A stretch of 64,000 nt of DNA, from positions 216,538 to 280,537 of the forward strand of contig CAVXEH010000014.1 in assembly GCA_963760875.1 (NCBI GenBank), in the 5' to 3' direction. Below the pieces are notes generated by a model, which made no database searches, was not told the DNA's origin, and saw only the letters and a program-made list of their open reading frames with translations. This DNA comes from an uncultured Chloroflexia bacterium (lineage in GTDB: Bacteria > Chloroflexota > Limnocylindria > QHBO01). Position numbers and translations under genes: made by a program. Below are positions 7,884-17,583 of the stretch, piece by piece (within the stretch, counting starts at the first letter, position 1; each line of letters begins with the position of its first letter).

Positions 7884-8470
7884 GTGAGCGTGCCATGTTG
7901 CTCGACGATGCGCAGCTCGCGAGCGCCATCTTCTCTGAGCCAAGTCACTCGCTCTGATTCACCTTGCCGACCTTCCGCGGGCTGACCGGACTACCCGAGA
8001 AGGACTGTTGGGAGGAGGTGCCGATCTTGCTCGGGCCGACGCCGGGTTGGCGACCACTGGCGCTACCGGAAGCCATGCCGATGGCACCGTCTTGCGCACC
8101 AAGGTGTCTCATACCTCGGTCGCCGACGACCCTGGATCGGGCCTGACCCGCTCAGCATTCGGCGCACAACTGCGCACCACGAAGACGGCCTGCCGCGACG
8201 TCATGACCGAACTGCGCGATCGCTCTCCGGAGCCGGCCACCCAGTCGACCGCTCGAGCCCATCCCGGACTGGCTCACATCAGGCTGATAGGCCGTTGGCC
8301 TGGCGGAGGATGGGTAGCGGAACGGAGTGTCGCCGGATGGCAGGCACGAGATCACGGCGCAGGCGCGTCTTCTATGCTCGGATCGCAGACGCGAACCGTC
8401 TGGATACCCGGGCAGTATCTGCGGCATCCGAAGCGTGCCGTACATTGGCACCCTGGCGCTGCAAGCCTGC

Positions 8471-8635
8471 GCGACAGCGGATAACTCGGCCCAAAATGGT
8501 CAATGCTCCACGAGGGTGAGCACACCGCAGCGGGGTCTCTGGTCCGAAGCCATCCGCTCTGTCCGCTGAGCTACGGGCGCGCGCTTCACGCTCACATCGA
8601 GCGGAAAACCAGACGAGGCATTCTGCCACACGGCT
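8471..8635. repeat. Repeat copy 3: X segment, then a partial tRNA (8540-8580), then upstream flank.
   Basis: cagcggataactcggcccaaaatggtcaatgctccacgagggtgagcacaccgcagcggggtctc then tggtccgaagccatccgctctgtccgctgagctacgggcgcgcgcttcacgctcacatcgagcggaaaacc...cattctgccaca. Confidence 0.85.
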
Positions 8636-8717
8636 CACGCAGCGATATGGTGGCCCGCTGTACTCAGCGGACACCTCACGCCGGAATCCGGCACGCGTTG
8701 TGCGCGTGGATATCGGC

Positions 8718-9086
8718 ATGAGGAAGCTACTTGCCGCCGGGGCCATCCTGGCCCTTCTGCTCACCGCCTGCAGCCGAGGAAACGGCGCCTTGCCCACCGG
8801 GCCGTCCATGTCGGAGTCCATCGGCTCCGCGGAGGCCATGACCTGCTCGGACGCCTTCACGGCGCTGTCGGCCATCACCGTCCAGAGCATCACCACCCTC
8901 GACAACGCTGGTGACAAGCTGGACGCCACCATCCAGCACTGCCCTTCCGTCTCGGAGTGGCGTGCCGGGCTGCAGGCCGTCCTCCCCAGCCTCGATGCCA
9001 GCAAAGCCGAGGAGTTCATCGCGCGGCGCTGCCAGGGCAATCCGGAGCTGACGACCGCGCTGCTGTGCCGTCAGGTCGGCTCCTGA
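8718..9086 (+). CDS. Small lipoprotein with four conserved Cys.
   Basis: Signal peptide plus lipobox LLTAC. The ORF is open from 8700. It is paralogous to the next gene (C..AF...S...CP..S.W....QAVLP..D.....F...RC). Confidence 0.6.
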   Translation: MRKLLAAGAILALLLTACSRGNGALPTGPSMSESIGSAEAMTCSDAFTALSAITVQSITTLDNAGDKLDATIQHCPSVSEWRAGLQAVLPSLDASKAEEFIARRCQGNPELTTALLCRQVGS

Positions 9087-9171
9087 AGGGACTGCCGCCA
9101 AGGACCGGGTCGGCATGGGTCTTGCGAGGAGGGGACGGCGATCAACGCAACCTTGCACTGAGGACCATTGC

Positions 9172-9564
9172 ATGCGAACCCTTCTCGCGGTGGGAGCGCT
9201 CCTGGCGCTCCTGCTCGCTGCCTGCAGCACCAACTCCGGCTCGAGCGCCTCGCCAACACCGACCGAGCCGATGATGGCGTCGCCCTCGATGGACTCCACG
9301 GCCTCACCCCTCGCGATGAGCTGCGACGAGGCGTTTGGCAGCATGTCGGCCTCGGACCTGACATCGATTCACAGCCTCGCCGACGCTCAGGGTCTGCTGG
9401 ACACCACCATTGCCGCCTGCCCAACCCCATCCGACTGGACGACGGCCGCCCAGGCCGTGCTCCCCACGGTCGACCTCAGCCAGGCCCAGGACTTCCTGCG
9501 GCAGCGATGCGCGGCCAACGACCAGCTGGCTGCAACCCAGATCTGCAGCGCGCTCACGTCATGA
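9172..9564 (+). CDS. Small lipoprotein, paralog of 8718..9086.
   Basis: MRTLLAVGALLALLLAAC lipobox. Conserved CDEAF...CPTPSDW...QAVLP...FLRQRC pattern. The ORF is open from 9115. Confidence 0.6.
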   Translation: MRTLLAVGALLALLLAACSTNSGSSASPTPTEPMMASPSMDSTASPLAMSCDEAFGSMSASDLTSIHSLADAQGLLDTTIAACPTPSDWTTAAQAVLPTVDLSQAQDFLRQRCAANDQLAATQICSALTS

Positions 9565-9575
9565 CGGATGCGGGG

Positions 9576-10004
9576 TTACCAGAGCGCGAGGCCGGTCCTC
9601 TCGTCGTGCTCCCGAACAAGGGAGACATCGGTGAGCTCGCGAAGCTCCACCTCGACCATCCAGACCACGGTGCCGCGACGGATATGGCCTGTGACGCCCG
9701 CACCGCTCGCGTCGCCAAAGCTCGCGTGAGCATGGAGCATGGGCCGGCCGTCACGGAGCGAGACGTTCCCCACGAAGCCGGCCATCTCATGATGCGTATC
9801 TGAGCGGAGCTCCTCGTAGCGCAGCGCCTCCTGGTTGTAGAACGCGTATTCGAGGTGCTGCACGGCTCCCACCGCGGTGACCCAGGCGGCGTCGACCTTC
9901 TGTTCGGTGCAGAACCGCTCGATCTCCTCCACGAGGTCGCTGTCGGTGGGGAGCCGGCCGACGAACGTGCGTCCGATGGTCGCGGGTCGCAATCCGGTGC
10001 TCAT
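9576..10004 (-). CDS. PPC/DUF296 (PCC) domain DNA-binding protein.
   Basis: LVEEIERFCTEQKVDAAWVTAVGAVQHLEYAFYN...GNVSLRDGRPMLHAHASFGD...GHIRRGTVVWMVEVEL matches the DUF296 core. Start refined to MSTGLRP. Confidence 0.6.
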   Translation of the reverse strand: MSTGLRPATIGRTFVGRLPTDSDLVEEIERFCTEQKVDAAWVTAVGAVQHLEYAFYNQEALRYEELRSDTHHEMAGFVGNVSLRDGRPMLHAHASFGDASGAGVTGHIRRGTVVWMVEVELRELTDVSLVREHDERTGLALW

Positions 10005-10032
10005 GCGGGGGAATGCCTCCTCGATGCTTGCT

Positions 10033-12588
10033 TCATTCGAAATGCCGCAGGCTGCCGACGATCGACAGCCGCGCGGCGAGACGCGCGGGATAGATGCCGG
10101 CCAGTGCGGCAATCCCCGTGCCCAGCAGCACGACGATCACCAGCAGCAGCCACGGAACGGCGATCCCCCCGAAGTCGGACACGGCACCGACGGAGACGAG
10201 AGCCCAGGCCACCAGCAGTCCCACCCCGGCCGCCGCCAGCCCGCCGATGGTGCCCATGATGGCCGCCTCGGCCACGACCATGGCCTGCACCTGGCGGAGC
10301 GTCATCCCGTGCGAGCGCAGGATGGCGATCTCGCGGATGCGCTCGACCACGCCCATCGAGAGCGTGTTCACGATGCCCAGCCCTGCGATCAGGACGGAGA
10401 TGAAGGCGAGCGCGTCGAAGAGCCCGATGAGCCGATCGAGCGACTGGGACAGGTCGCCCGCGAGGTCGGCCGCGGTGATGGGTGCGGCGGCCAGGCTGCC
10501 AGCCATGTCCGCGACGGCCGAGCGGAACGCCGCCGGATCCACGCCGTCCTTGGGAACCAGGGCCCACAGCGAGGCGTCCGATGCGCCGAACACGTCCTTC
10601 GCATCGGCGAGGCTGACGAGCAGGTCGCCGTCACCACCCGGGGACGGAATCGAGTACGCGACCACCCCGGCCACCCGGAATGCGACGGGCGCCTGGCCGG
10701 GGAGACCAAGCAGCACTGAGTCCCCGGTCCCCAGCCCGTCGCGCTGGGCGATGGGCGCGGGCAGCAGGACCGCCTTTCCCTGCTCCAGGCCGGCGAAGGC
10801 CGACGTGCGGTCGCCATCGGTGAAGATCAGCGAGCCGGTCTGGTCGTAGACCGTTGGGTCGATGCCGGCTGCGGCCACCTCGGTTCGCTGCGACCCGTCG
10901 ACGCGAATGGCCGGGAACTCCACGATGGGCGTCGCGGTGCGCAGACCGCTGATCGCGTCGAGGGTGTCGCCGATGTCGGCCTCGCCGACGGCAATCCCCA
11001 GGCGCATGCCGTAGCCGCCGGGCAGCACCGAGTCGACCCAGCGCTGGGCGGTTCCGCGCGCCGTCTCCGCGACGGTTCCCAGCGCCACCACCGCCGCCAG
11101 ACCAATGAGCAGGGCACCCACGGTCAGCCCGGTGCGCGCCCGATCACGGGCCAGGTTCGCGCGTCCCAGCAGACCCTCCGCGCCGTAGAACCATTCGAAC
11201 GGCCTGCCGACCACGCGCCCGATGGGCTCCACCGCCAGCGCCACGACGGCGGCGCCGGCCACCAGGACGGCGACCGCCAGCAGCACCGCCGGCAGGGAGG
11301 CACTCCCTCGGGCCAGTGGATAGGTGGCCAGGCCCACGAGGATCAGGACGATCTCCAGCGCCACCAGCCAGCGGAGACGGTCCCACAGGCTGCGAACCGG
11401 CTGACGCGAGGGGCGAAGCGCATCGAGCGGACCGACGCGGGCGGCCAGCAGCGCGGGAACGCCGGCGGCGGCCACGGTCACCGCCAGGCCCACGCCCAGC
11501 GCCAGGAGCAGCGACAGCGGGTTGAGCGGCAGGCCATCGATCAGGACCGCGCGGGTGCTGCGCAGGAAGCCGATCATGCCGGCGGCCACCGCAATGCCCA
11601 GCAGGATGCCCAGCACCGAACCCGCCGTGCCCAGCGCGACCGCCTGGCGGCCGAAGATTCCCATGATCTGGCGCGCGGTGGTTCCTGCCGCTCGGAGCAG
11701 CCCGATCTCACGGCTGCGCTCGCTCAGGGTCATGCTCATGGTGTTGGCGACCAGGAAGCCGCCCACGGCAAGCGCTACCAGCCCGAACAGGAATGCGATG
11801 CCCGCGAATCCGTCCTGCGCCCGCTGGAGCTGGGCGGTGGCCGTCGCCACCGTCTCGACCACGAACGGCTCGTCCAGCGAACGGTCGAGCCCGGCCTGCA
11901 CCGTCTCCAGCTGGCCCGGGGCCACGACGAGGTCGACGGAGGTGACCGGCGCGACGACGACGGTGGTCTGGTCACCGGCCAGCTGGTCTTCGATTGTGGC
12001 CCGCGGCATGACTGCCACCGCACCCGAGCCCAGCGCCCCAAAGCCCACGTCGTCGAGGAGGCCGACGATGGTGAGCGGGGCCGCTCCCGCCTTCGCCCCG
12101 GACAGAAGCAGCTGGTCACCCACGCCCAGGTGGTGATCGGAGGCCCAGTGGGCGTTGACCATGACCTCGTCACTGCCGCTGTCGCTGAGGTAGCGCCCGG
12201 CGACGAGATGCGGGTCGCGGACAGCCCGATCGCTCGCCGGATCGATGCCGATCACCAGCATCCCGCTGAACACCTGCTCCTGCGGTCCGGGCAGCGTGCT
12301 CAGCTGCAGTCGCCGCTCGCTCACGGCAGCGGCCGCCTCCACGCCGGGCAGGCCGCGCAGGGCGGTGACCGCCCGGGCGGTCAGCCCGGTGTCGGAGAAC
12401 GCCCGCACCCGGAGATCGGCGCGGCCGAAGAGCTCGCTGGCGGCCCGCTGCACGGCGTCGGTCGCCGCCTGGTTGGCGACCAGGGTGGCGGTGATGATCG
12501 CGACACCAAGGGCGATGCCAGCGACGGTGAGGGCCGTGCGCAGCGGCCGGGCGCTGAGACCGCGCCAGGCCAGGGCGCTCAGGCGCAT
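10033..12588 (-). CDS. ABC transporter permease, FtsX/MacB-type with duplicated FtsX domains.
   Basis: 851 aa. Multiple TM blocks and large extracytoplasmic loops. FtsX-like C-terminal 4-TM bundles (...IAILRSHGMTLRQV...). Confidence 0.8.
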   Translation of the reverse strand: MRLSALAWRGLSARPLRTALTVAGIALGVAIITATLVANQAATDAVQRAASELFGRADLRVRAFSDTGLTARAVTALRGLPGVEAAAAVSERRLQLSTLPGPQEQVFSGMLVIGIDPASDRAVRDPHLVAGRYLSDSGSDEVMVNAHWASDHHLGVGDQLLLSGAKAGAAPLTIVGLLDDVGFGALGSGAVAVMPRATIEDQLAGDQTTVVVAPVTSVDLVVAPGQLETVQAGLDRSLDEPFVVETVATATAQLQRAQDGFAGIAFLFGLVALAVGGFLVANTMSMTLSERSREIGLLRAAGTTARQIMGIFGRQAVALGTAGSVLGILLGIAVAAGMIGFLRSTRAVLIDGLPLNPLSLLLALGVGLAVTVAAAGVPALLAARVGPLDALRPSRQPVRSLWDRLRWLVALEIVLILVGLATYPLARGSASLPAVLLAVAVLVAGAAVVALAVEPIGRVVGRPFEWFYGAEGLLGRANLARDRARTGLTVGALLIGLAAVVALGTVAETARGTAQRWVDSVLPGGYGMRLGIAVGEADIGDTLDAISGLRTATPIVEFPAIRVDGSQRTEVAAAGIDPTVYDQTGSLIFTDGDRTSAFAGLEQGKAVLLPAPIAQRDGLGTGDSVLLGLPGQAPVAFRVAGVVAYSIPSPGGDGDLLVSLADAKDVFGASDASLWALVPKDGVDPAAFRSAVADMAGSLAAAPITAADLAGDLSQSLDRLIGLFDALAFISVLIAGLGIVNTLSMGVVERIREIAILRSHGMTLRQVQAMVVAEAAIMGTIGGLAAAGVGLLVAWALVSVGAVSDFGGIAVPWLLLVIVVLLGTGIAALAGIYPARLAARLSIVGSLRHFE

Positions 12589-12603
12589 GGCGTCACCGCG
12601 CCG

Positions 12604-13350
12604 TCACAGACCCAGCTCGGCCAGACGATGGATGAGCGGCGCCGCGGCGTGGTCGGCCCGGCGCCCCAGGTTGATCTCATCGAGGATCTGCCCGTCTCGG
12701 ACGACCAGAACCCGATCAGCGTATGCCGCGGCCCGGGCATCGTGGGTGACGAGCACGATGGTCTGCCCAAGGCGCTCGCAGGAGTCCCACAGGAGGCCCA
12801 GGATCTCCGCCCCGGTGGTGTAGTCGAGGTTGCCGGTCGGCTCGTCCGCGAGCAGGATCGCGGGCTCCGTCGCCAGGGCTCGCGCCAGGGCCACCCTCTG
12901 CTGCTCCCCGGCGGAGAGCTGGTCCGGGCTGTTGTGACCCTTGCCACCCAGGCCGACGAGCTCCAGGAGCTGATCCACGCGCGGCCGGTGCGCCGCCGCC
13001 GCATCACCCGCGATGAGGAACGGCAGGGCCACGTTCTCGCTCACCGAGAGCAGCGGGATCAGGTTGAAGTACTGGAACACGAAACCGGTCTTCGCCCGAC
13101 GGGTCAGCGTGCGCTGCTCCTCGTCCATGTCCGTCAGGTTCACGCCGTCGATGACCACCTCGCCGCTGCTGGGCAGGTCGAGCCCGCCCAGGAGGTGGAG
13201 CATCGTGGATTTGCCGGATCCCGACGCGCCCATGATCGCCACGAACTCGCCCTTGGTGACGGAGAGGGACACGCCCCGCAGGGCGTCGACCTCGCGTCCG
13301 CCGAGCGGATAGCGTTTCACGAGGTCGTGGGCCTCGAGGATCACCGACAT
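12604..13350 (-). CDS. ABC transporter ATP-binding protein (MacB/LolD-like).
   Basis: Walker [10 protein letters not shown]; signature [15 protein letters not shown]; Walker [13 protein letters not shown]. Start at [10 protein letters not shown]. Confidence 0.85.
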   Translation of the reverse strand: MSVILEAHDLVKRYPLGGREVDALRGVSLSVTKGEFVAIMGASGSGKSTMLHLLGGLDLPSSGEVVIDGVNLTDMDEEQRTLTRRAKTGFVFQYFNLIPLLSVSENVALPFLIAGDAAAAHRPRVDQLLELVGLGGKGHNSPDQLSAGEQQRVALARALATEPAILLADEPTGNLDYTTGAEILGLLWDSCERLGQTIVLVTHDARAAAYADRVLVVRDGQILDEINLGRRADHAAAPLIHRLAELGL

Positions 13351-13433
13351 TGCCCGACAGGATAGCGGAGCCATCTGCCGGTCGTGGTCCGCGCCTGGGC
13401 AAGCGCCACGAGGCGGAGGAGACCCGGGCGGCG

Positions 13434-14363
13434 TCAGCCGAGGAAGAAGCCCAGGAGGCTGCCGACGACCGTGTCGAAGAACCCATGGTCGGCGGGCGGC
13501 GCGGCGTCGATCCGGAACTGCGAGGCGACCACCGTGGCCCCCAGCGCATGGCGCGCGAACGGATCACGAGCCACCCAGTTCGCGGGCACCTGCCAGGCGT
13601 CGCCGGCACGCATCACGGCCTCCGCTGCCAGCGGGATGGCCGGAGTCGGTGTCGGGGTGGCGGTGGACGTTGGAGTCGGGGTGGACGTGGCTGCGGCGGC
13701 CGGCGTGGAGGTGCCGGTGGCCGGCGGGGGTGCCGTCGGCCTGGGCGTGGGCTTCGGCGTGGGCTTCGGCGTGGGCTTGGGGGTCGGAGCCGGTGCGGAG
13801 GACTTGGCCTGCATGAAGAGCTCGGTGTACATCCGGGGGCTGCGCGGCTTGCCCTGCCAGACGACGCTGTCGGCCGCGTAGGCTCCGATGCCGCCATGGG
13901 TCCAGACCGGGTTGAGGATGTTGTCGCGGTGGTCCGTCGAGTTCATGAAGGCGGTGTTGATGGCCACCGGAGAGTCGCCATCGGAATACCCGGAGTTCCA
14001 GCCGATGTTCTCGCCACCCCATGAGTACGACAGCCCATTGGTGTCGTAGTAGTGGAAGACCAGGCAGCCGCCGCAGGCGGGGATGTTGTGGCTGAAGTAG
14101 TCGTTGACGATCATGTCCTTCGACCGCCATCGGGCAATGCTCACCAGCGTGCTGTTCTGCTGGATGGGCTTGACGCCGTTGTTCACACGGTCGCCGTTCA
14201 TGAGGGACCACAGGCTGGATTCGGCCGCGCTCTGGTTCCAGCCCGCGACGATGCCCGGCGTCCAGGCCAGGAGCGCCGCGGTGAGCAGCGTGATGCCGGC
14301 GAGCGAGGCGGCACGCGCCACCGGTCGTCGGTTCCGGGTTCGATGCAGCAGCGGTTCGGACAT
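13434..14363 (-). CDS. Secreted CAP (SCP/PR-1-like) domain protein with a TPKP-repeat Pro/Thr linker and a C-terminal domain.
   Basis: Signal peptide. CAP motifs YFSHN...DHRDNIL...GENIGW. Linker APTPKPTPKPTPKPTPRPT. Confidence 0.7.
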   Translation of the reverse strand: MSEPLLHRTRNRRPVARAASLAGITLLTAALLAWTPGIVAGWNQSAAESSLWSLMNGDRVNNGVKPIQQNSTLVSIARWRSKDMIVNDYFSHNIPACGGCLVFHYYDTNGLSYSWGGENIGWNSGYSDGDSPVAINTAFMNSTDHRDNILNPVWTHGGIGAYAADSVVWQGKPRSPRMYTELFMQAKSSAPAPTPKPTPKPTPKPTPRPTAPPPATGTSTPAAAATSTPTPTSTATPTPTPAIPLAAEAVMRAGDAWQVPANWVARDPFARHALGATVVASQFRIDAAPPADHGFFDTVVGSLLGFFLG

Positions 14364-14597
14364 GGGGTGCTCCGGCAGGTTCGCCTCCCGTGGTGGGTGA
14401 CCCTCACACCCTACGAGGCCGCGGCCGAGCGGTCAGTAGCGCTGTGGTCCCGGGACGTGGGGTGACCTACGGGCGGGTTGGTCCCGGTCCCGGATGGGAC
14501 CATCTGCTGCTCCATGTGACACAGCCCGGACGCCGGAGGCCCTGGCGCGAGCCCGGCTGACCACGCTGGCACGGGTCATGCTGAAGACCCGGGCCAG

Positions 14598-15605
14598 ATG
14601 ACCACGATGACGACTGCGGGCGAAGCACCCGCTGCGCTCATGGACCACGTCTCCAAGCGCTTCGGGACGGTAGAAGCGCTCAGCGACGTCAGCCTGCGCG
14701 TGCCGCGCGGGTCGCTCGTGGGCGTGATTGGTCCCAGCGGGGCGGGAAAGACGACGGCCATTGCGCTCCTCACCGGCAACGCGGTACCCAGCGAAGGGCA
14801 GCTCCAGACCCTGGGCGAGGCGCCGGCGCGGCTGCGACGCTCGACCCGCTCGCGCATCGGCCTCATGCCGCAGCAGCTCACCCTGTTTGCCGACCTGTCC
14901 GCCGCGGAGAACGTCGACTTCTTCGGCAGCCTGTTCGGGCTTCTCGCCGGCCAGCGGCGCAAACGCACGGAGGCGGTCCTGCGCCTGCTCGAGCTCTGGG
15001 ACGTTCGCGGTCGGCGCGCGTCGCGCCTGTCCGGGGGCCAGCAGCGGCGGGTCCAGCTCGCGTGCGCCCTGGTGCACGAACCCGAGCTCATCTTCCTCGA
15101 CGAACCCACCGCCGGCATCGACCCGCTGCTGCGGCGGAGCGTGTGGGACGAGCTGCTCCACCAGCGCGATCGCGGCCGGACCCTGGTGGTGACCACGCAG
15201 TACGTCGTCGACGCCGATCACTGTGACGTCGTGGCGCTCATCGCCGGAGGTCGGCTGCTGGCGTTCGCCCCGCCCGGGGACCTGCGCCGTTCGGCCCTCC
15301 ACGGTGAGGTCGTGCAGGTCGAGGTCGAGGGCAGCTGGGACGCGCGCCCCCTCCGGGAGCTGCCCGTCGTGCGACGGCTCCATCGGCTCGCGCCCGGCCG
15401 CTACTGGGTAGTTGTGGACAACGCGGGCCGGGACACGCCGGACGTCATGGAGGCAGTGCGCGGCTCCGGGGTCGACGTCGTCTCCATCCGCGAATACCGG
15501 CCCAGCTTCGACGAGGTCTTCGAGACGCTGGTCCGCCGCGACACCGACGGCACCACCAATGGCGGCGGTGGCACGGATATCCTCGCCCTCCAGCTGCGCC
15601 GATGA
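14598..15605 (+). CDS. ABC transporter ATP-binding protein (ABC-2 type).
   Basis: GPSGAGKTT Walker A; LSGGQQRRVQLACAL signature; IFLDEPTAGID Walker B. Confidence 0.85.
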   Translation: MTTMTTAGEAPAALMDHVSKRFGTVEALSDVSLRVPRGSLVGVIGPSGAGKTTAIALLTGNAVPSEGQLQTLGEAPARLRRSTRSRIGLMPQQLTLFADLSAAENVDFFGSLFGLLAGQRRKRTEAVLRLLELWDVRGRRASRLSGGQQRRVQLACALVHEPELIFLDEPTAGIDPLLRRSVWDELLHQRDRGRTLVVTTQYVVDADHCDVVALIAGGRLLAFAPPGDLRRSALHGEVVQVEVEGSWDARPLRELPVVRRLHRLAPGRYWVVVDNAGRDTPDVMEAVRGSGVDVVSIREYRPSFDEVFETLVRRDTDGTTNGGGGTDILALQLRR

Positions 15606-16777
15606 ACGTGCTGCGGGCCATCACGCGGACCTTCGCGGTCGCTGGCAAGGAGACCCTCGTCGTGGTTCGCCGGCCATCCGCGCTCGCCACCCTGGTGCTA
15701 GGCCCGGTGATCATCCTGGCGGTCTTCGGGCTGTCCTACACGGGCCAGCCGGCGGTCCGCGCGGTGCTGGTGATTCCGCAGGGGAGCGGCCTGCCGAGCG
15801 ACCCGGCCGCGTACCACCTGGACAGCGCCGGGACGCTCAACGTGGTCGGCACGGCCGACAACGTCGAGGCCGCGCGGCGCCAGGTACAGGCTGGAACGGC
15901 CGACATCCTGGTGGCCGCCCCGGCGGACGCCGCGAAGGAGCTCCGCGACGGTCACCAGGTCACCATCCGTGTCGAGTACGACACAGTGAACCCCTATCAG
16001 AAAGCCGTGATCACCCGGCTCGCGCAGCCGCTGGCGGACAGCGTCAACCAGCAGATCATCAAACAGGCGGTCGCCTCCGGCGAGGGGCAGAGTGGAGCGT
16101 CGAACCTGCCGGCACCCGACGTGATCGCCGCTCCCACGAAGGCCGAGACCCATGATCTGGCTCCCACCGACCCCAGCCTGATCGCGTTCTACGGGATCGC
16201 GGTCCTGGCCCTCATCCTCCAGCACCTGGGCCTGACCCTTGGCGCGCTGTCCATGACGACTGATCGGCGGCAGAGCATGAGCGTCCTCCTGCGGGTGGCA
16301 CCCGTCACCGCATCCGAGCTGCTCGCCGGCAAGTACATCGCCTTCGCGATCCTGGTCGGGCTGGTGGGTGCCGCCCTCGTCGGACTGATGACCTGGGGAC
16401 TGGGCGTGCCCATGCTCGCCGCCACCGGCCCGGTGCTCCTGCTCCTTGGGCTCCTGGTCCTGGCCTCCATCGGCCTGGGCATGACCATCGCGCAGCTCAC
16501 GCAGTCGGAGTCGCAGGTCATCCAGCTTGCCCTGCTGGTGCTGCTTGCCTCGGTCTTCTTCGGGGGCCTGGCAATCGACCTCACGCAGTTCGCACGGCCC
16601 CTCCAGGTCGGCGCCGAGCTCCTCCCGGTAACGCAGGCCACGCGGCTGGGGCAGGACCTGTTCCTCCGCGGAGGCACCGGCGAAGCGTGGCGGTACGCGG
16701 CGCTGGCCGCGATGGTCATCGTGTTTGCGGCCACCGCCTGGGTCCTGCTGCGCAGAAGCCTCCTGCTGCGCCGATGA
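15602..16777 (+). CDS. ABC-2 family transporter permease.
   Basis: Six TM segments. Start overlaps the ATPase stop. Typical ABC-2 exporter permease topology. Confidence 0.75.
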   Translation: MNVLRAITRTFAVAGKETLVVVRRPSALATLVLGPVIILAVFGLSYTGQPAVRAVLVIPQGSGLPSDPAAYHLDSAGTLNVVGTADNVEAARRQVQAGTADILVAAPADAAKELRDGHQVTIRVEYDTVNPYQKAVITRLAQPLADSVNQQIIKQAVASGEGQSGASNLPAPDVIAAPTKAETHDLAPTDPSLIAFYGIAVLALILQHLGLTLGALSMTTDRRQSMSVLLRVAPVTASELLAGKYIAFAILVGLVGAALVGLMTWGLGVPMLAATGPVLLLLGLLVLASIGLGMTIAQLTQSESQVIQLALLVLLASVFFGGLAIDLTQFARPLQVGAELLPVTQATRLGQDLFLRGGTGEAWRYAALAAMVIVFAATAWVLLRRSLLLRR

Positions 16778-17421
16778 GGCCGCACCAGCCCGGGCGCCGG
16801 CTGCTGATGGCCCGGGCGATCGTGGGCGCGGTGGGCGTCCTGGCCCTTGTCCCCGCCATAGCCGCCGTCCTCAGCCTGGGCACCGGGGCACCGCTCGACC
16901 CCATTGGGAGCTGGATCCGCACGGAGCAGCGCGCCGTCGAGCGGACCGAGCGCGTGCTGAGCCGGGTGCAGGACGGTCTCGATGGCGCCGCGACGACCCT
17001 GGACGCTGCGACCGGGGCGGCGAACGACACCGCAGCCATGACCGATGCGCTGGCGAAGGCCATGAACGACCTCGCCGCCGCCTCGACCGTCCAGGTGCTG
17101 GGCATCGCGCCGTTCGCCAGCCTGGCTCCGCAGTTCGCCGAGCTGGGAACCCGCGCCTCCAGTTTGGCGGCGTCGTTGCGGACGACCGCGCAGAGCGTGG
17201 CGGGCACACGGTCCGATCTCGATGGCCTCAGCTCCGAGGTCACCGCGCTGTCGACCATGCTCGAGCAGCTCCGCTCGGGCGGCGGCCCAGCGGGGTCAGG
17301 CGGCAGCGGGCTGGCGATCACGCGGATCGTGCTGGCCATCCTCCTCGCGTGGCTGGCGCTCAGCGCTGCTCTGTCGGTCGTGGAGGCCCGCCTCGCGCTG
17401 AGCGCCAGCCGGCCGGCGTAA
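16774..17421 (+). CDS. Hypothetical membrane protein with a coiled-coil extracytoplasmic segment.
   Basis: ATGA overlap with the permease stop. N-terminal TM (IVGAVGVLALVPAIAAVL), Ala-rich helical middle, C-terminal TM. Confidence 0.5.
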   Translation: MRPHQPGRRLLMARAIVGAVGVLALVPAIAAVLSLGTGAPLDPIGSWIRTEQRAVERTERVLSRVQDGLDGAATTLDAATGAANDTAAMTDALAKAMNDLAAASTVQVLGIAPFASLAPQFAELGTRASSLAASLRTTAQSVAGTRSDLDGLSSEVTALSTMLEQLRSGGGPAGSGGSGLAITRIVLAILLAWLALSAALSVVEARLALSASRPA

Positions 17422-17424
17422 CGG

Positions 17425-17583
17425 TCAATCGTCCCTGGCGGTCTCACCTTCCTCGCGACGCTCCTTGTTCACCGTGCGCGCCGCGCGCTCCTCGGCCTCA
17501 TCCTCCCCGACGCCGCGATCCTTGTATGACTCCTTGATGTGCTCGTACTGCCGCTCGCGCTTCTTGCTCCACGAATCCGGCAT
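17425..17583 (-). CDS. Small conserved 52-aa protein (MPDSWSKKRERQYEHIKESY...), often annotated as a plasmid stabilization protein in actinobacteria.
   Basis: MPDSWSKKRERQYEHIKESYKDRGVGEDEAEERAARTVNKERREEGETARDD. The family assignment is from memory and not verified. Confidence 0.5.
   Translation of the reverse strand: MPDSWSKKRERQYEHIKESYKDRGVGEDEAEERAARTVNKERREEGETARDD

Noticed and set aside
14486-14501. Palindrome GGTCCCGGATGGGACC in the divergent intergenic region between the CAP-domain gene and the ABC-2 ATPase gene.
   Set aside because: Short (6-nt arms) and GC-only. Easily occurs by chance at this base composition. Noted but not scored as a feature.
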